Source: Takakia lepidozioides (taxonomy: Eukaryota; Plantae; Bryophyta). From it: DNA of 64,000 nt. The stretch is from the NCBI GenBank assembly GCA_030704615.1, contig CM060732.1, positions 60,636,001-60,700,000 of the forward strand, given 5' to 3'. Shown here piece after piece: positions 12,852-24,997 of this stretch (the stretch's first letter is position 1; each line of letters starts with the position of its first letter). The position numbers and the translations under genes are program-made. The notes under the pieces are model-generated. The model made no database searches and had not been told where the DNA came from. It saw only the letters and a program-made list of their open reading frames with translations.

Positions 12852-13895
12852 TGTTAGAGGACTGTAGGGGACTTAGACACTTATACGGGATCTGTAGGGT
12901 ACCCTTAATTTTTGCACAGACTGAGACCAACAGGAGCCTTAGGGGTGACAGCAGCGCACTGTAGAGGGGGGTTACACAGCCCGTCACAGTCGTCACAGTA
13001 GACACAGCCAACACAGCCCGTCACAGTCGTCACAGTCGACACAGCCAACACAGCCCGTCACAGTCGTCACAGCCGACACAGCCAACACAGCCCGTCACAG
13101 TCGTCACAGCAGACACAGCCGACACAGCCACACAGCCACACAGCCAGTCACAGCCCGACACAGCCAAACACAGTCGCACAGCCAGTCACAGCCCGTCACA
13201 GTTTCGCACAGCCAGTCACAGCCCGTCACAGTTTCACACAGCCAGTCACAGCTTGACACAGCTGTCACGATCATAGGGAACGAAGAGTAGGACAGGGAAC
13301 GACTGTGGGGAACAACACATGCGAAGGGAACATGTTAGTTCACAGACGACGGTTAGTGAGGAAAACGGTTAGAACCGCGGATAGGAAGATAAAGGGGGAC
13401 TTCGGGGGAAGATGATGATCATTATTCAGAGGAGGACTTCTTAGTCAGGCTGGAGCGGAGATCGGAAGCAGAGATGGAGAGCACGGTGAAGGAGGAAAGA
13501 GGATTAGTAGATGCTTGTTATATGCAAAGCTGTAGTGATATTGTAGAGCAGATTAGAGACACAATGGCTTCGGCCTGATACCTGATAAATCATAATCTGA
13601 TACTTATACGATACAATCACACTGTGTAGAGAGATCTGAGTGAAGCTGTGGATTGAATGGATGAGTGAAGGAAACCGATAGATTGATGAAGCAAACTGAT
13701 ACTTAATTATCAATGGTAAGATAGTTAACATGAATACCATAAGGGAAACAAATAGGAAACAACCCCATGATACACTAGCTGTAGGTCATGACTGATTGTT
13801 CTGCGCGGGCTGAGTACTTAGAGATTTCCAACTCTTCAATCTTGGAGTTTCCGCCTCGAATAGCGAAGGGATGGGTGAGTAAAAGCCGCGTGACA
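12852..13895 (+). repeat. 3' LTR (~1044 bp) with a CACAG array at 12975-13266
   Basis: Starts TGTTA after the PPT and ends CGCGTGACA where the host array resumes (ACAGG). The first ~130 bp recur at 24216. Confidence 0.75.
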
Positions 13896-14284
13896 ACAGG
13901 CTGTGCCATGTGGCCTTTGGGGCTGTGAGGGGCTGTGACAGGCTGTGCCATGTGGCCTTGTGATGGGCTGTGACAGGCTGTGGCCTGTGGGGCTGTGACC
14001 CTGTGACCTGTGTAGGGCTGTGACAGGCTGTGCCCTGTGGCCTTCGGGGCTGTGACGGGCTGTGACCTGTGGCCTTTGGGGCTATGACGGGCTGTGGCTT
14101 GTGGGGCTGTGATCCTGTGACCTGTGTAGGGCTGTGACAGGCTGTGACCTGTGGCCTTTGGGGCTGTGACAGGCTTTGACCTGTGGCCTTTGGGGCTGTG
14201 GCCTGTGTGGGGCTGTGACGGTTGTGACCAGTGATCTGTGTGGGCCTGTACTGGTCTGTGGTGGCCCGTGTTGGCCTGTGCTGA
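13896..14284. repeat. GGCTGTG tandem array (right half)
   Basis: Same units as 4074-4444. Confidence 0.93.
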
Positions 14285-14899
14285 CTCGTGGAGGCACTGG
14301 TGGACTGCCTAAGGACTGACATGTGGTCTTGAAGGCCGAATTTTGACGCTCGTGGAGGGTGGTTTGAGAAGTATCTTCATGATATTCCCATGGTCATGCA
14401 AGTGAGGGAAGAGAGGAGATGAAGAGTGTTGGGATGAGGACATGCTGGGGTTAGGCATTGCTTTAGCTTCTCTTCTTCGTAGTTTTCCACCCTCTCATTA
14501 GGCCAAGACCTTTCCGTAGGTGGAGGCAAGAGTCAGTCTGGGTTTGGGCTGGGGTGTCCTTGCAGGAGCAACACTATGGAGTTGTTTTTGGTATGGGGGA
14601 GTTGTCGTTCTGATTTCTTGTGTTTGGATCCCCTCCATACTTGCATGCTTGACTGTGCGCCATGTTAGTTTTGTGTGGGCGCTTGTTTTTATAGTGATTG
14701 GTCCGGATTTGATCACCGGCCAGTCCTAGAGCATGCTGTCGATGGTGAGGCTGGGGTGATGACCAGTCATGCCATCATTGTTTCTCCTGTGGTGAGGTTG
14801 GAGGTGATGACCAGCCAACCATAGGAGTGCTTGCGGTGGATGCAGGTGCAGGTGTAGGCTATGTTAGGAACCTAATATTCCAAACCATAAGCCGCAACA

Positions 14900-17421
14900 G
14901 GTTCCCCGGTTACCTTGTGGAGAGGGGGTTAGGGACATGTTCATGACCGGTTGAGTGACAGTTTGTCAACACGGAGGTGCCACTAGTTGCTGGGGATAGT
15001 GCCGGTTCGAGCACTAGCGATACTAGTGGGTACACGAGACGAGGTGTGCGGATTAGGCCACCTTCACCTCCTGTGTCTTCTACGGAAGGTTATGTTTCGG
15101 ATTGTGAATCAGGGGGACTCACACCGGCGGTGCAAGTTGTTTCCTTGCCATTGTTTGTGGGACACAATGGAGCAGATGTATGGAGCTACCAAGGGGCCAC
15201 GAATGTACTCTGGGGCGGTGGGCACCATCGAGTTGGATGATTTTATCCAAGAGTTTGATAGTTGGTGTGATTTGCAGCAAATGCGCAATCCACAATTATT
15301 TACGCCTTTCATGGCATGGAAGGGGCTGATTCAGCACCTTGAGGGGCCGCCTATGGATGATTACCATGAGTTTAGGCGGGGGCATGAGGTTGAGATCGAG
15401 GAGTGGAGGATGTACTGGTCACCCGACTATGTCTCCATCACTAGGGGCACTAGAGCCACGAGGGCAGTGGCTACACCTGCCGCTGCACCGGCAGCTTCAG
15501 TAAGCAGCAGTGGGACTAGTGGGACTAGTGGTCCCGTAGCTACGACGTCCACCCAAACAACTGCTGCACCAGCACCAGTGGTGGTGCTTGCCTTCAACCT
15601 TGTTGTGGAGTTCTTCGAAGAGTTGAGAAAGAACTACCAAGGGGTGAGGACAGAGAAGTTGCAAGAGTTCCAACGGAAGCCTACTGAGAGCTTGAGGGAT
15701 GCTTTCACTCGCATGAGGCGCTTGATTAATGTAACCCAAGGGGTTATGGAGGCTCAGGCAGTCCAATTCTAGTATGGGATATTGGACAAGGAGTTGAGGA
15801 GAAGGGTGCGGGATGGAACTCTCCTGCAAGCGGCCCAACTCACCTTAGCAAATGTGTTTTTGCTGGCAAAGCGGATAGAGCTCAACATGGTGGAGGAACG
15901 AGTGGTCATGGTGGGATTCGGGGTAGTGGTGCTCCTAGCCAGCCACTACCTCGACGTGCTCAAGGCAACAAGGGGGCTCAGGTGAAGCCGAGGGAAGGGC
16001 AGAGAGGACCTCAGATGCAGGGGTCTTTCCCTTCATTTGCTGGCCAACAACAGACGGATGTGGTGTGCTGGATATGTGGAGGACCCCATGTCAAGAAGGA
16101 TTGCCCAGAAGGAGGCAATGGTTTGGTAGCGGCACAGCCTGCACAGTTTTGCAGTGTGGGCATTGTGGCAAGTACGGGCATGGAGAAGCCTAGTGCTATG
16201 GTTTGCATCCTGAGTTGCGCCCATTCCAGTTCCAAGGGAACAATGGTGGCCGGGGGCGAGGTGGAGCAGCCCAGAGAGGACGAGGTGGCCAGGCACGAGG
16301 TGCAGGCCAAGGGCAAGCTCAACATAGCCAAGGACACAGAGGTCAGGGTGGTGACCAAGGCATGGCCAACCGGCTTCAGCAGCTAGAGCAGAGGCTCGCT
16401 GCCATGGCTACAGCTCAGGTGGTACCGGCTCCAAGGTCGGATGGTCCACCTTCTGCTCCTGAGGAAGGAAATATGGGAGACATGGGATTCATGTGCGGAG
16501 CAGCACTACCATTAGTGCAGGTGGAGTCTGCTGCAGCCGTGACTCGAGGAGCAGCACGAGTTCCTGAGCCACGAGGTGCAGAGGTGGAGTTGGATCCACA
16601 GCGTGGGGAGGCAAGCCGTCAGGCTAGGCTTCCTCAATCATTTACATTGGCGGAGACAGTGTCAACGCCATCCATGGCACCTAGTTCTCGCCCGACTGTT
16701 ACTGAGGCGGAGGTTACTATGCCATTGGGGAGTGCTACACGGGTAGCACCACTGCCTAGTGTTGCCAAGGCTAGGGCAGCTAGTGTGCTGCTGGGAACGG
16801 CCACATCTGTGTGCCAGGCTCCATTGTTCACGGCTACCATGATTGCGACGCCGGGGGTAAGACCAGCTGAGGTGTTCAGGTTGGCAGCTACAGTCTGTGA
16901 GCGTGGGGGGTTTCTTCATCTTCTGCGGAGATAGTGGGAGGTGTAGTGCCGGAGGGATCCTCGGATTTGAGTGTCAAGACTGTCACGGCGGCGCCATGGC
17001 AAGCTGCAGCTGCCAGGTTGATGGAGCTGCCAGCTAGGTCAGCCATTGAGCGCGCCATGGTGACACCTGGAGTTGTCATGTTAGACAACCAGGATGACAT
17101 TTTCTGTTTGAGTGGACCGGCAGGCAAGAGGCCCCTCGGGTGTCGCTGGCAGGCCCCTCGGGTGCCGCCCTGTGGTCTTTGCCTTGGAACGTCAGTCCGC
17201 GATAAAAAAAATTAAGGTATGTGGGGGCTGTCAAGCTTGGGGCCCCGCTGTTCCTGCCGCGCCCTGGCTTGCCCCCGAGTGCTCTCAGTTGACTTTATGG
17301 GCTCTTCCTCCTAACTCCTTGGAGCTTCTATTGATTATACTCCGGCCAATCCCCGGGCTATACTCCCAATACCTTAGAGCTTCTCGCGGAGGCCACAAGT
17401 GGCGGGAGCCCCTGACTAACA
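14900..17421 (+). mobile_element. Internally deleted Ty3/gypsy element: frameshifted gag, then 3' UTR, PPT and a short LTR (17229-17421)
   Basis: Gag-like LDDFIQEFDSWC...FFEELRKNYQG...FQRKPTESLRDAFTRM; zinc knuckles CWICGGPHVKKDC and CGHCGKYGHGEA*C; pol absent; AAGGTATGTGGGGGC precedes TGTCA...TAACA. Confidence 0.7.
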
Positions 17422-17484
17422 GCTATGGTAAAAAACACTAAAGCAACAAGAACTAGATAACATCTAGATCTAAATCTTAGACCT

Positions 17485-18716
17485 TGTACATGACCTTCTT
17501 TTGACAAGCCGAGTTTCTTTCTCATAACAAAGCCAACATTGGGTGGGGCTAGAATCCAACTTTAGCTCCCACGAAATAATGCTCTTCACTACTAACAAGC
17601 TCGAGCTCTACTTGTTGTCAAGGACGAGAATATGACTGAACACAAATAAGAGATAAGACTAGAAGTACAAGACTAGACAAGAAATCAAGGTCGACGTGGC
17701 CGAACGCATGGTAGGTAAACATGAATCAAGATAATCTTTATAACAATGGACAAGAGTACAAGATACTGGAACTCGACTCGAATACTGGAATGCTGGAAAC
17801 TGGACTGGGGTACCGGATACTGGAAACTAGACTAGAGTACTGGAAGCTGGACTGGAGTATTGGGACTGGGAACAAAAGTAGCTTGAACTTGTGTTGGCGA
17901 GACTGAAGAGTGTACAGTCTCGCCTCTTATATATACTGGCTACTAGGAGGTTCCTAAGAGGCTTCCCTAAATGAGGTTTCTTGATGGAGAAGTTTCCAAG
18001 ATTAAACAAAGGTTTCTTGATAGAGAAGTTTTCTTAAACAAAGGAGGTATCTTCATGGAGAAGTTTCCTCCAAAAGAAGCTTCATGAGCAGTTTCCCAAA
18101 TTACTCTTGGTAATTTGGTAAACTCCCAATAACTTGGTAACTAGTGGTAACTTATGGTAAATCATGGTAGATCACAGTAACTTTAGATAACTTGATAATT
18201 TTTTGTATTTACTCCTGGTAAGTTCCTCTGGGTTATATCCGTGACACTTGCTAGGACTTAAGCTTCTTAAGCAACAATGAGGCTAGATTCCAACTCTAGC
18301 TCCCATAAAAACATACAAAACAAGAACAAAGCAAGAAGAAAGCAAAAAAGTGATGAACGAGGAGGGCTTGCCTCTCTTATATACTACTTTTGGGCTTAAT
18401 AAAAACTGTGAAATAATAATTAAACTACTCTAGTCGATTGGGAAACTTGTTGACCAAGCAAAAACCACTAATAAATATGAGCCATAGATGAATAGATTTC
18501 ATCCAGTTGGATGATTTTTGGCCAACCAATATTCATCCAATATAATTTCATCCAACTAGATGGATGATTGTTGTCGTTGTCGCTTGCGCTGGATGGATGA
18601 AGTTCTCCGCTCATCCTTCAATTTCCCTTGGCTGCTCCGGCCAATCAAATAATGAATAAACCTCTTAAATTAGGTCATCGCGAGTGCTCTTTGTTTCGTA
18701 ATTCGATGCCGCTACA
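17485..18716 (-). mobile_element. Solo LTR (host of a nested solo LTR)
   Basis: TGTA...TACA termini; TSD GACCT/AACCT; minus-strand TATA near 18377. Confidence 0.6.
17616..18246 (-). mobile_element. Nested solo LTR (631 bp)
   Basis: TGTCAAGGA...TCCGTGACA termini; TSD CTTGT/CTTGC; internal ACTGGA and GGTAA short repeats. Confidence 0.8.
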
Positions 18717-19071
18717 AACCTTAACAGAAAATTCCCAAATTTTGTGGATAATTTAGGTAAAGATCTCTTGACGTCCCGGTAAACCTCGGGCGAATCAGAG
18801 TCTTTTAACTCCATTTTGTCGACGTACTCTTTGCATCCCGCCGCTCCGAAAGACTACGCTTCCGTGGATTATCAAACTTGGTGGTGCTTCTCCGGGTCTT
18901 CGACCCTGCCACTGACTCCCCGACTGTTCCATTTTTTTAACTAATATCTTTTATCCAAATGTCCAAACTGTCTACCTAAAGATTAAAAAAAATGATCGAA
19001 AAATAAATATGTACTTAAATATGCATCTACATAAGGGCTTGTTAAGACTATAGTATTTATGCTTTTACATA

Positions 19072-19144
19072 GCCAACATATAGCCCAGTGGTAAAGGCAT
19101 ATACCATCTTACGAATGATTGTGGGTTCAAACCACCCTGTTGGT
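19072..19144 (+). pseudogene. tRNA-like sequence (tRNA pseudogene or SINE head)
   Basis: 73 nt; acceptor stem GCCAACA/TGTTGGT; A box TAGCCCAGTGG; B box GGTTCAAACC; anticodon and T arms pair poorly. Confidence 0.5.
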
Positions 19145-19569
19145 TGTTACAAATGTATCCACCTTCCTATCGAAAGACAGTAGTTCTTTTGGGTCAAGTG
19201 ACACCATAAGTTACGTTTGCTTCGGCAACGCGTCCACATTCTTCTTCTTTTACGCTTTTAGCAAAACGAAAAAAAATCTGTATACAACTTCTGTTGCTTA
19301 GCAACAGAATTTTGAGAAATATATTTACGGGTGATATGTACAGATCCGAAGGAGTAGGAGAAATCATGTAGTTGGAATAGATAAGTGATGAGTTTTGAAG
19401 AAAGAGTTAACTCATTAAAAAACGGTTTTGGCGAAGGGACAATAATATTAGGTCTATGATAGAAGCTTACATCGATCAACTTGCCCTACGCGAAAGAAGA
19501 AGGTGGATTAATGATCGAGTTTGGTTGGATAGAATACTACTAGATGAACGTCAACAACGATTCTATTGG

Positions 19570-20502
19570 TGTCGTGACCGCTAATGTGACTCGATTGCGA
19601 GTGCCCAGGAATTTATTTAGGAGTCCTACACTTGCGATCTTCCTTAGCAACTCACATTAGATGTCATGTTGATTATCTGACGCAGTGTGTCCAGTGCCAG
19701 TATTTTGTAGAACATTACATAATCTGCAGAGAGCATTGTAATGATTGTAACCAACCTCTCCCACTAGAAAGTGGCGCGGCGCGCGCAATATTATTTGCAG
19801 TTGCACGCTGATGTACCCGCACAACCTCTTTTTATTTACAATATATTAATTTGAATTCTTTCATTGTTGTTATGGTTATACACAGTTATATTAGACCTCG
19901 GTCGTATCAGCAACACTAACTGGATAAGCCAAATAGTGACGATGAATGTCGAATTTTGCTTCTAGTTCCCACCACAATTCTAGTTCATTTCGAAGAATAG
20001 ATCCTAGAATTAGACGTAGATTATTTCGCGCAGCAATTAGGAAAGATTTTTTCAATTACCAAGGAGTACACTCCAAGTAACAACGTCTGAAAAAGAAACG
20101 AAGAGAGATTCCGATTAATCAACCCATAAATCATTTGAATTGAGATTTGAACGGACCAGACTCTGAAGGTTCTGAATCTTCAGTATTATCTCTATATATA
20201 AGCCTGGCCACACCCAATAACCCGACATCTAATCCACCGTTGAATCCAAGAGGTTCAATGGCGCAACCACAACCACCTCTAGTACCACCAACACCTCCCG
20301 CATCGGCACCTCCGGATATTCCAATCGTGGTGTCAGCAGGTTTGATTCCATTACCACTACCAAGCTTGAATGATGCATATTGGTTGATTTCGTTCCCTAC
20401 GACCTTAAGGAGAAGGGTGTTGACTTGGTATTGGCAACAACCTTGGGGGTCATTCTAACATTGGACTCAATTTCGGGATGTTTTTCTAAATCATTTTAGA
20501 GC
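19570..20502 (+). mobile_element. Truncated Ty3/gypsy element: LTR (19570-19915) and gag remnant
   Basis: TGTCGTGA...TCAGCAACA termini; gag motif LISFPTTLRRRVLTWYWQQPWGSF*HWTQFRDVFLNHF. Confidence 0.6.
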
Positions 20503-20729
20503 AGTACATTAGTTTACAAGTATTCTTCTGGCCAGACAGCTTATGCTGGTGTAGTGGAGCTAAGCAGGGACCAAAAACGGGTGCGGATGGCTGTAGTCGG
20601 CGCCGACCTCCCCGATTTTCGGAAATTTCGGGAAAGAAAAAAAAACAAAAACAAAAACACTCAGTTATAGAAAACGCGCATATTCCCACGGTATCCGTAT
20701 CAAGAGCACTATTCACTTATAATCGGCAC

Positions 20730-21960
20730 TGACTCTCTAGGTTCGGGAGTTAACGAACCTGCTTTTTGGTATCCGAACCTAAGTTCGATGTCATATTTCA
20801 TTGAGCATCGAACTGTTTGAGTATATGAAAAATAGTCCAAAATTACTTCCACAAGTGCCAAATTTAAAAAATATTTTATTAATTATGTCTTGCTCATGGT
20901 AATTTCTGCTCATGCTCATGCTTAAACCTGCTCAACGCTTATGAAATATACATACCCTCGCCAGCTCTAGCGGTCTCGATAACATCCAAAAATATATATA
21001 TTTTTAATGTTGGTTTTTTCTTGTTCTCTTTCCGAACGACATCAGGTGACGGACGAGAGTATGCGATTTTTTATTATTTTTTATTTTAAACATTTGTTGG
21101 GGTTCGGATGAACGCCGAACGATGGCGACGGTCGGACGACCACGACAGTCCTTTCAAATTACTAATATTTAATTTAATTAAAAAAAATTATATGTGTAAT
21201 TTTAGGATCGCCGGAGTTAGGCGTCCCGAATTTTGTAAAAAAAATTAAATATTTTTTGTATAATATCGGGAATTTTTAAAATTTTCGTCTGGTTTAAATT
21301 TTAGACCGCTAGAGCTGGCGGTTCTTCTCCCTTGCAACGATGAGAAACTATTGAGAATTATAGCGTTTAAATTTGAAATTTTTGTTTAATGTTCTCGTTA
21401 CTAGAGCTTTATACCGAAAAAATCACAATTTTAGGGATTGCTTTGTGATAACTCTGAATTTCTTGCTTTCCTATTAAACCAACTGGGGAATACTTTATTA
21501 CTACAAGATCTTCCCGATCATTTGTAATTATACGTGCTAGGTAAATTTGAAACTTATCTTGGGCTGACAATTGTTGGACGTTTGAGATTATATCTTTGAG
21601 ACGTTTGAGATTATTGTTGGACGTTTGAGACTACATCATTTTTATAATTGTTTAGCAACATACTTAGTTGACAGTAAAATAACCAGTGAAGATGATTTTA
21701 AATCACAAGATGGTCGTCCTAATTTTTCTAATTTTTAAATTTGGTTGAAATTTGAGACCACCAGAGTGTGCAGTCCTGATCTTTAAATGCTATGACGGTC
21801 TTGTCATTTCTTTAAAAAAATAAAATTGGATGGATAAAATTGGGACCTCTAGTTCAAAAAATAATTGGGATCGCCAGTTTTAATTAAAAATAAATTAAAA
21901 CGAATTAAAATAAATTAAATAAATTAAAAATTTGAATCGCCAGAGCTGATGATACCGAAT
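20730..21960. mobile_element. AT-rich DNA-transposon-like terminal region with an internal 18-bp perfect inverted repeat
   Basis: CGCCAGCTCTAGCGGTCT (20959-20976) / AGACCGCTAGAGCTGGCG (21303-21320); related ATCGCCAG motifs; TTGGACGTTTGAGA repeats. Confidence 0.4.
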
Positions 21961-22516
21961 TTATCCAGTTTGGTGGTTCTGATTTATTACCAGGGGCAAC
22001 GCAACCTCTGGGACTACCTCATTCTTGAAACTCTGCGGACCGTTTGGCACCACGAACTACTCCCTCAACCTCCCATTCCTCTACATTTTGTCAGAGCCCT
22101 TGCCCAGCCTATTGCAGAAATGTCTGTGCTAATTCTACTATAAGATTTCAGATAAGCCTTAGTATTATAAACTCATACCCAAATTGCTGCAGACATTCCA
22201 GTGCTCTTCATTGTCTCTCTACTCTTGATAGCAATCTAAAAACAAGACAAGCTGAAGACTAAGGATTGCAAAAACTCTTCTCTTGAAGTTCTCTTCCTCT
22301 CATTCATTCCAAATACACAGAATGCAGAGACATGCATAATAGTAAGCATCCAGTCTGTCATGAAGACACATCTTGTGGGTACAGTTGAGCTGTGAAAGGA
22401 CTAGGATTCTCTGTAACGCTGTCAATAACAAAGGAAGTGTGTCTTTTCTATTTACATGCAATAGTAGTCACTGTGCAAGAAAGCCACACCTGAAGAGTCA
22501 ATAACTAGACCATATC

Positions 22517-23438
22517 TTAAACCCTATCATTGCAAATAGGGCAGATCGTACGTCTGTGCAACCAGTTATCAAATATAATCTTTGTGATTTTGATAACCAC
22601 AAAACAGCTTCCGAATCAGCTATTGGGGAAGGAACGCGTCCTGGCAAATAGTACACACATCCTCACTGAATGTCGTTGTATGAACTTCATACACAGGCAA
22701 GCCAGAGGAAATGACTTCCATTGTCAATCCCTTATTGTGAACAGATGCATCAAGTCCTATGAGAGCCTCGTAGTCTCCCTCATCGAAATCACGGGCCAAC
22801 TGCTCAAGACCCTGTGGAATGAAAGCGGCAGCATCCACTTCCACCACAGGTCGCAGGAGCTGCTGTTGAGCACATGCATCCTCCTCATGGGGGGTGTTAA
22901 GAGCTCGGTCAAGCTCTTGAGTCACTCTCTCATCCTCCATCACTTGATCCTAGTCTCTCTGCACCAGCTTTCTCGCGTAGAGCTTATCTGCCACTCCTAG
23001 TCTGACTTAGAGTCCGAGTCACTCTCAAAAAGGACAATCACTTCTCTATCTTCAGACGGACGCATCTTTAAGGAAGAGGAAGATTCACCTCTCCAATGCT
23101 TTATTGCTCTAATGTCGCGGCCCTTTGCCTTGAGGGCAGGGGGTCGGGACACATGAGGGGCTGCCCCTGTGGTGGGGGCAGCGGCAGCGATAGGTATGGG
23201 GGGCTGAAGCACCCTTGAGTGCCCAAGGCACTCAAGGAGGCGGAGGCGCTCACTAGGTGGAGCCCCGCACACCGGGTTGCGGTGGAGGTGGCTCCACAAG
23301 GGGTGGTGGTAGCTTAGTGGGACTTAGTGGGGGTGGCATAGGACTCACCATGGGGTGGAGACCTCGAGGTGGGAGTCGTGGGGAGTCTTGGGACTCATCA
23401 CGGTCCATTGGGGCCGCGGTGAGTGGGCCAAGACTCAC
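22517..23438 (-). pseudogene. Intronless RING-H2 E3 ligase pseudogene (SDIR1-like pre-RING motif)
   Basis: RDFDEGDYEALIGLD...CTICQDAFLPQ*LIRKLFCGYQNHKDYI/DNWLHRRTICPICNDRV*; stops and frameshifts; TATATATA at 23531-23538 upstream. Confidence 0.75.
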
Positions 23439-24215
23439 CGCGACTCACCACCGGGAGTCGAGGGTTTTCGTGGTGGTTCGCCATAAAATGGCATGGCTGG
23501 TTATGAAACCCCCGCGGACAGCTACAGAAGTATATATAGGGAGTAGTAACCCCGAGAACGGTGCAAGCCCGTTGGTGACCAAAAACTAGTGAGTAAGCGA
23601 GCGAGCCGGAAAGCGACCAAAGAGTGGGGAGCTGTTCCGGACTGCCATCTACCAAAGGGAATTCTCCTAGTCCCAAATAGGTGGAGGGTTTAGAGGGAAG
23701 CGGAAGGGGACCGTTATGTCCCGGTGAACAGCCGAAACTCCAAGTTGGCCCGGCGGCCAGGTTGGGAGTCAGGCGCGCGCATCAAAGCGAGTAACTATGA
23801 CTTGAAGGGGAGTTTACCGAACTGAGGTGTGCGACATCTAACCTGACTGAATGTGTTCAACACAAAGACAATGTGAAAAAGTGAAAAAGACTTCCCCCCT
23901 ACACTAATGTGGAACACCACCAATGTGAACATCCAACTTAATGATAAGAAATATATTGTATGTATGCTAGTATAGTTATATAGATATTAAATTGTTAGAT
24001 ATCCAACCCTCGAATTTCGCATGCGATTTTTTTTTTTTTTTTTTGCATTATTACTATGCTCGATATTTGTTCCAAATATAGTCTTTCACTACCCATCGTA
24101 ATTTAAACATGATTAAAGTAAATATCGTGATATTAAGAACTAATGAAAACTATTCCACGTTCCCTGATTGTCTCAATATTAGCCCTCTTCGAAGGTCCAG
24201 AGGGGCTGTGACAGT

Positions 24216-24345
24216 TGTTAGAGGACTGTAGGGGACTTAGACACTTATACGGGATCTGTAGGGTACCCTTAATTTTTTGCACAGACTGAGACCAACAGGA
24301 GCCTTAGGGGTGACAGCAGCGCACTGTAGAAGGGGGTTACACAGC
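24216..24345 (+). mobile_element. 5' fragment of the same LTR family as 12852-13895
   Basis: Near-identical to 12852-12980; truncated where the CACAG array begins. Confidence 0.92.
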
Positions 24346-24997
24346 AAAGAGCCTGATCGTAATGATGGACAAGTTCTATGAAAACGAATATAGATATTAT
24401 CGATGAGAATTCGGAGATTCTTAAAAACTTTAATATAGATATTATCGATGAGATTCAATGTTGGTTTTCTCTTCTTCTCTTCATATTTCTCATACATGTT
24501 ACCGATACATTTGAACTCAATAAAAGCTAGAATTGTTGCAGAGGTTTGCTTCAACTTGGCTGACCCTGAGGGTTTAGGCAGTAGTGAATGGAAAGACACA
24601 CTCTTCCTACATCGGAGGATACATATCAGAATTTGCATTCCCTTGAGCACTTGCATTAATGTACTGTGCCCCGGAGGTTTTGTTTGCGAATGTAGGGCGG
24701 CCACATTCCAACTAAATGAGCATTGCAAGTGTCTCCATGGGGCTCTAGTGATGTGAGGAGTAGCACGGGAATCTACAAGGGGATAAACCATGTAAACTTG
24801 GCCGAGAAATAAGACTTACATTCGATGGTTTTATAGGTGGTCAGTGCGGTCCTTTGAATTTGGCGCGGTAGCAAGTTTCCATCACAACTTCAGTGGATTT
24901 GGAATCGACATTCTTATGGGAATGAGGTAAGAATTCATGGACACTCATCTTGATGTATTTGGGAAGTGCCAGGAATTAATGAGATTATCTTATCAGC

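Larger units (their letters stand above)
4445..13895 (+). mobile_element. 5'-truncated Ty3/gypsy non-chromovirus (Athila/Phygy-like) LTR retrotransposon with 3' accessory ORFs
   Basis: PR-RT-RH-IN order, accessory ORFs at 9.2-12.8 kb, PPT, and 3' LTR 12852-13895. The 5' LTR and most of gag are missing. Confidence 0.9.
2996..14899 (-). mobile_element. Long LTR-like host sequence (2996-4444 plus 13896-~14899), split by the element at 4445-13895
   Basis: TGTGA at 2996 and CAACA at 14899; minus-strand TATA-like CTATAAG at 3648-3654; the same GGCTGTG array continues on both sides of the insertion. No matching TSD, so the right boundary is uncertain. Confidence 0.5.

Noticed and set aside
4074-14284. 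Arrays as CRISPR-like repeat-spacer loci
   Set aside because: Units are contiguous degenerate 9-10-mers with no unique spacers, and no cas genes are present.
14899-14915. tRNA-Gln-like PBS (AGGTTCCCCGG)
   Set aside because: No TGG start, several mismatches, and the adjacent LTR appears to be oppositely oriented.
24150-24230. 2-LTR circle junction (TGACA-GT-TGTTA)
   Set aside because: The upstream sequence does not match the family's LTR end at 13800-13895, although the downstream part is near-identical; better read as a target site.
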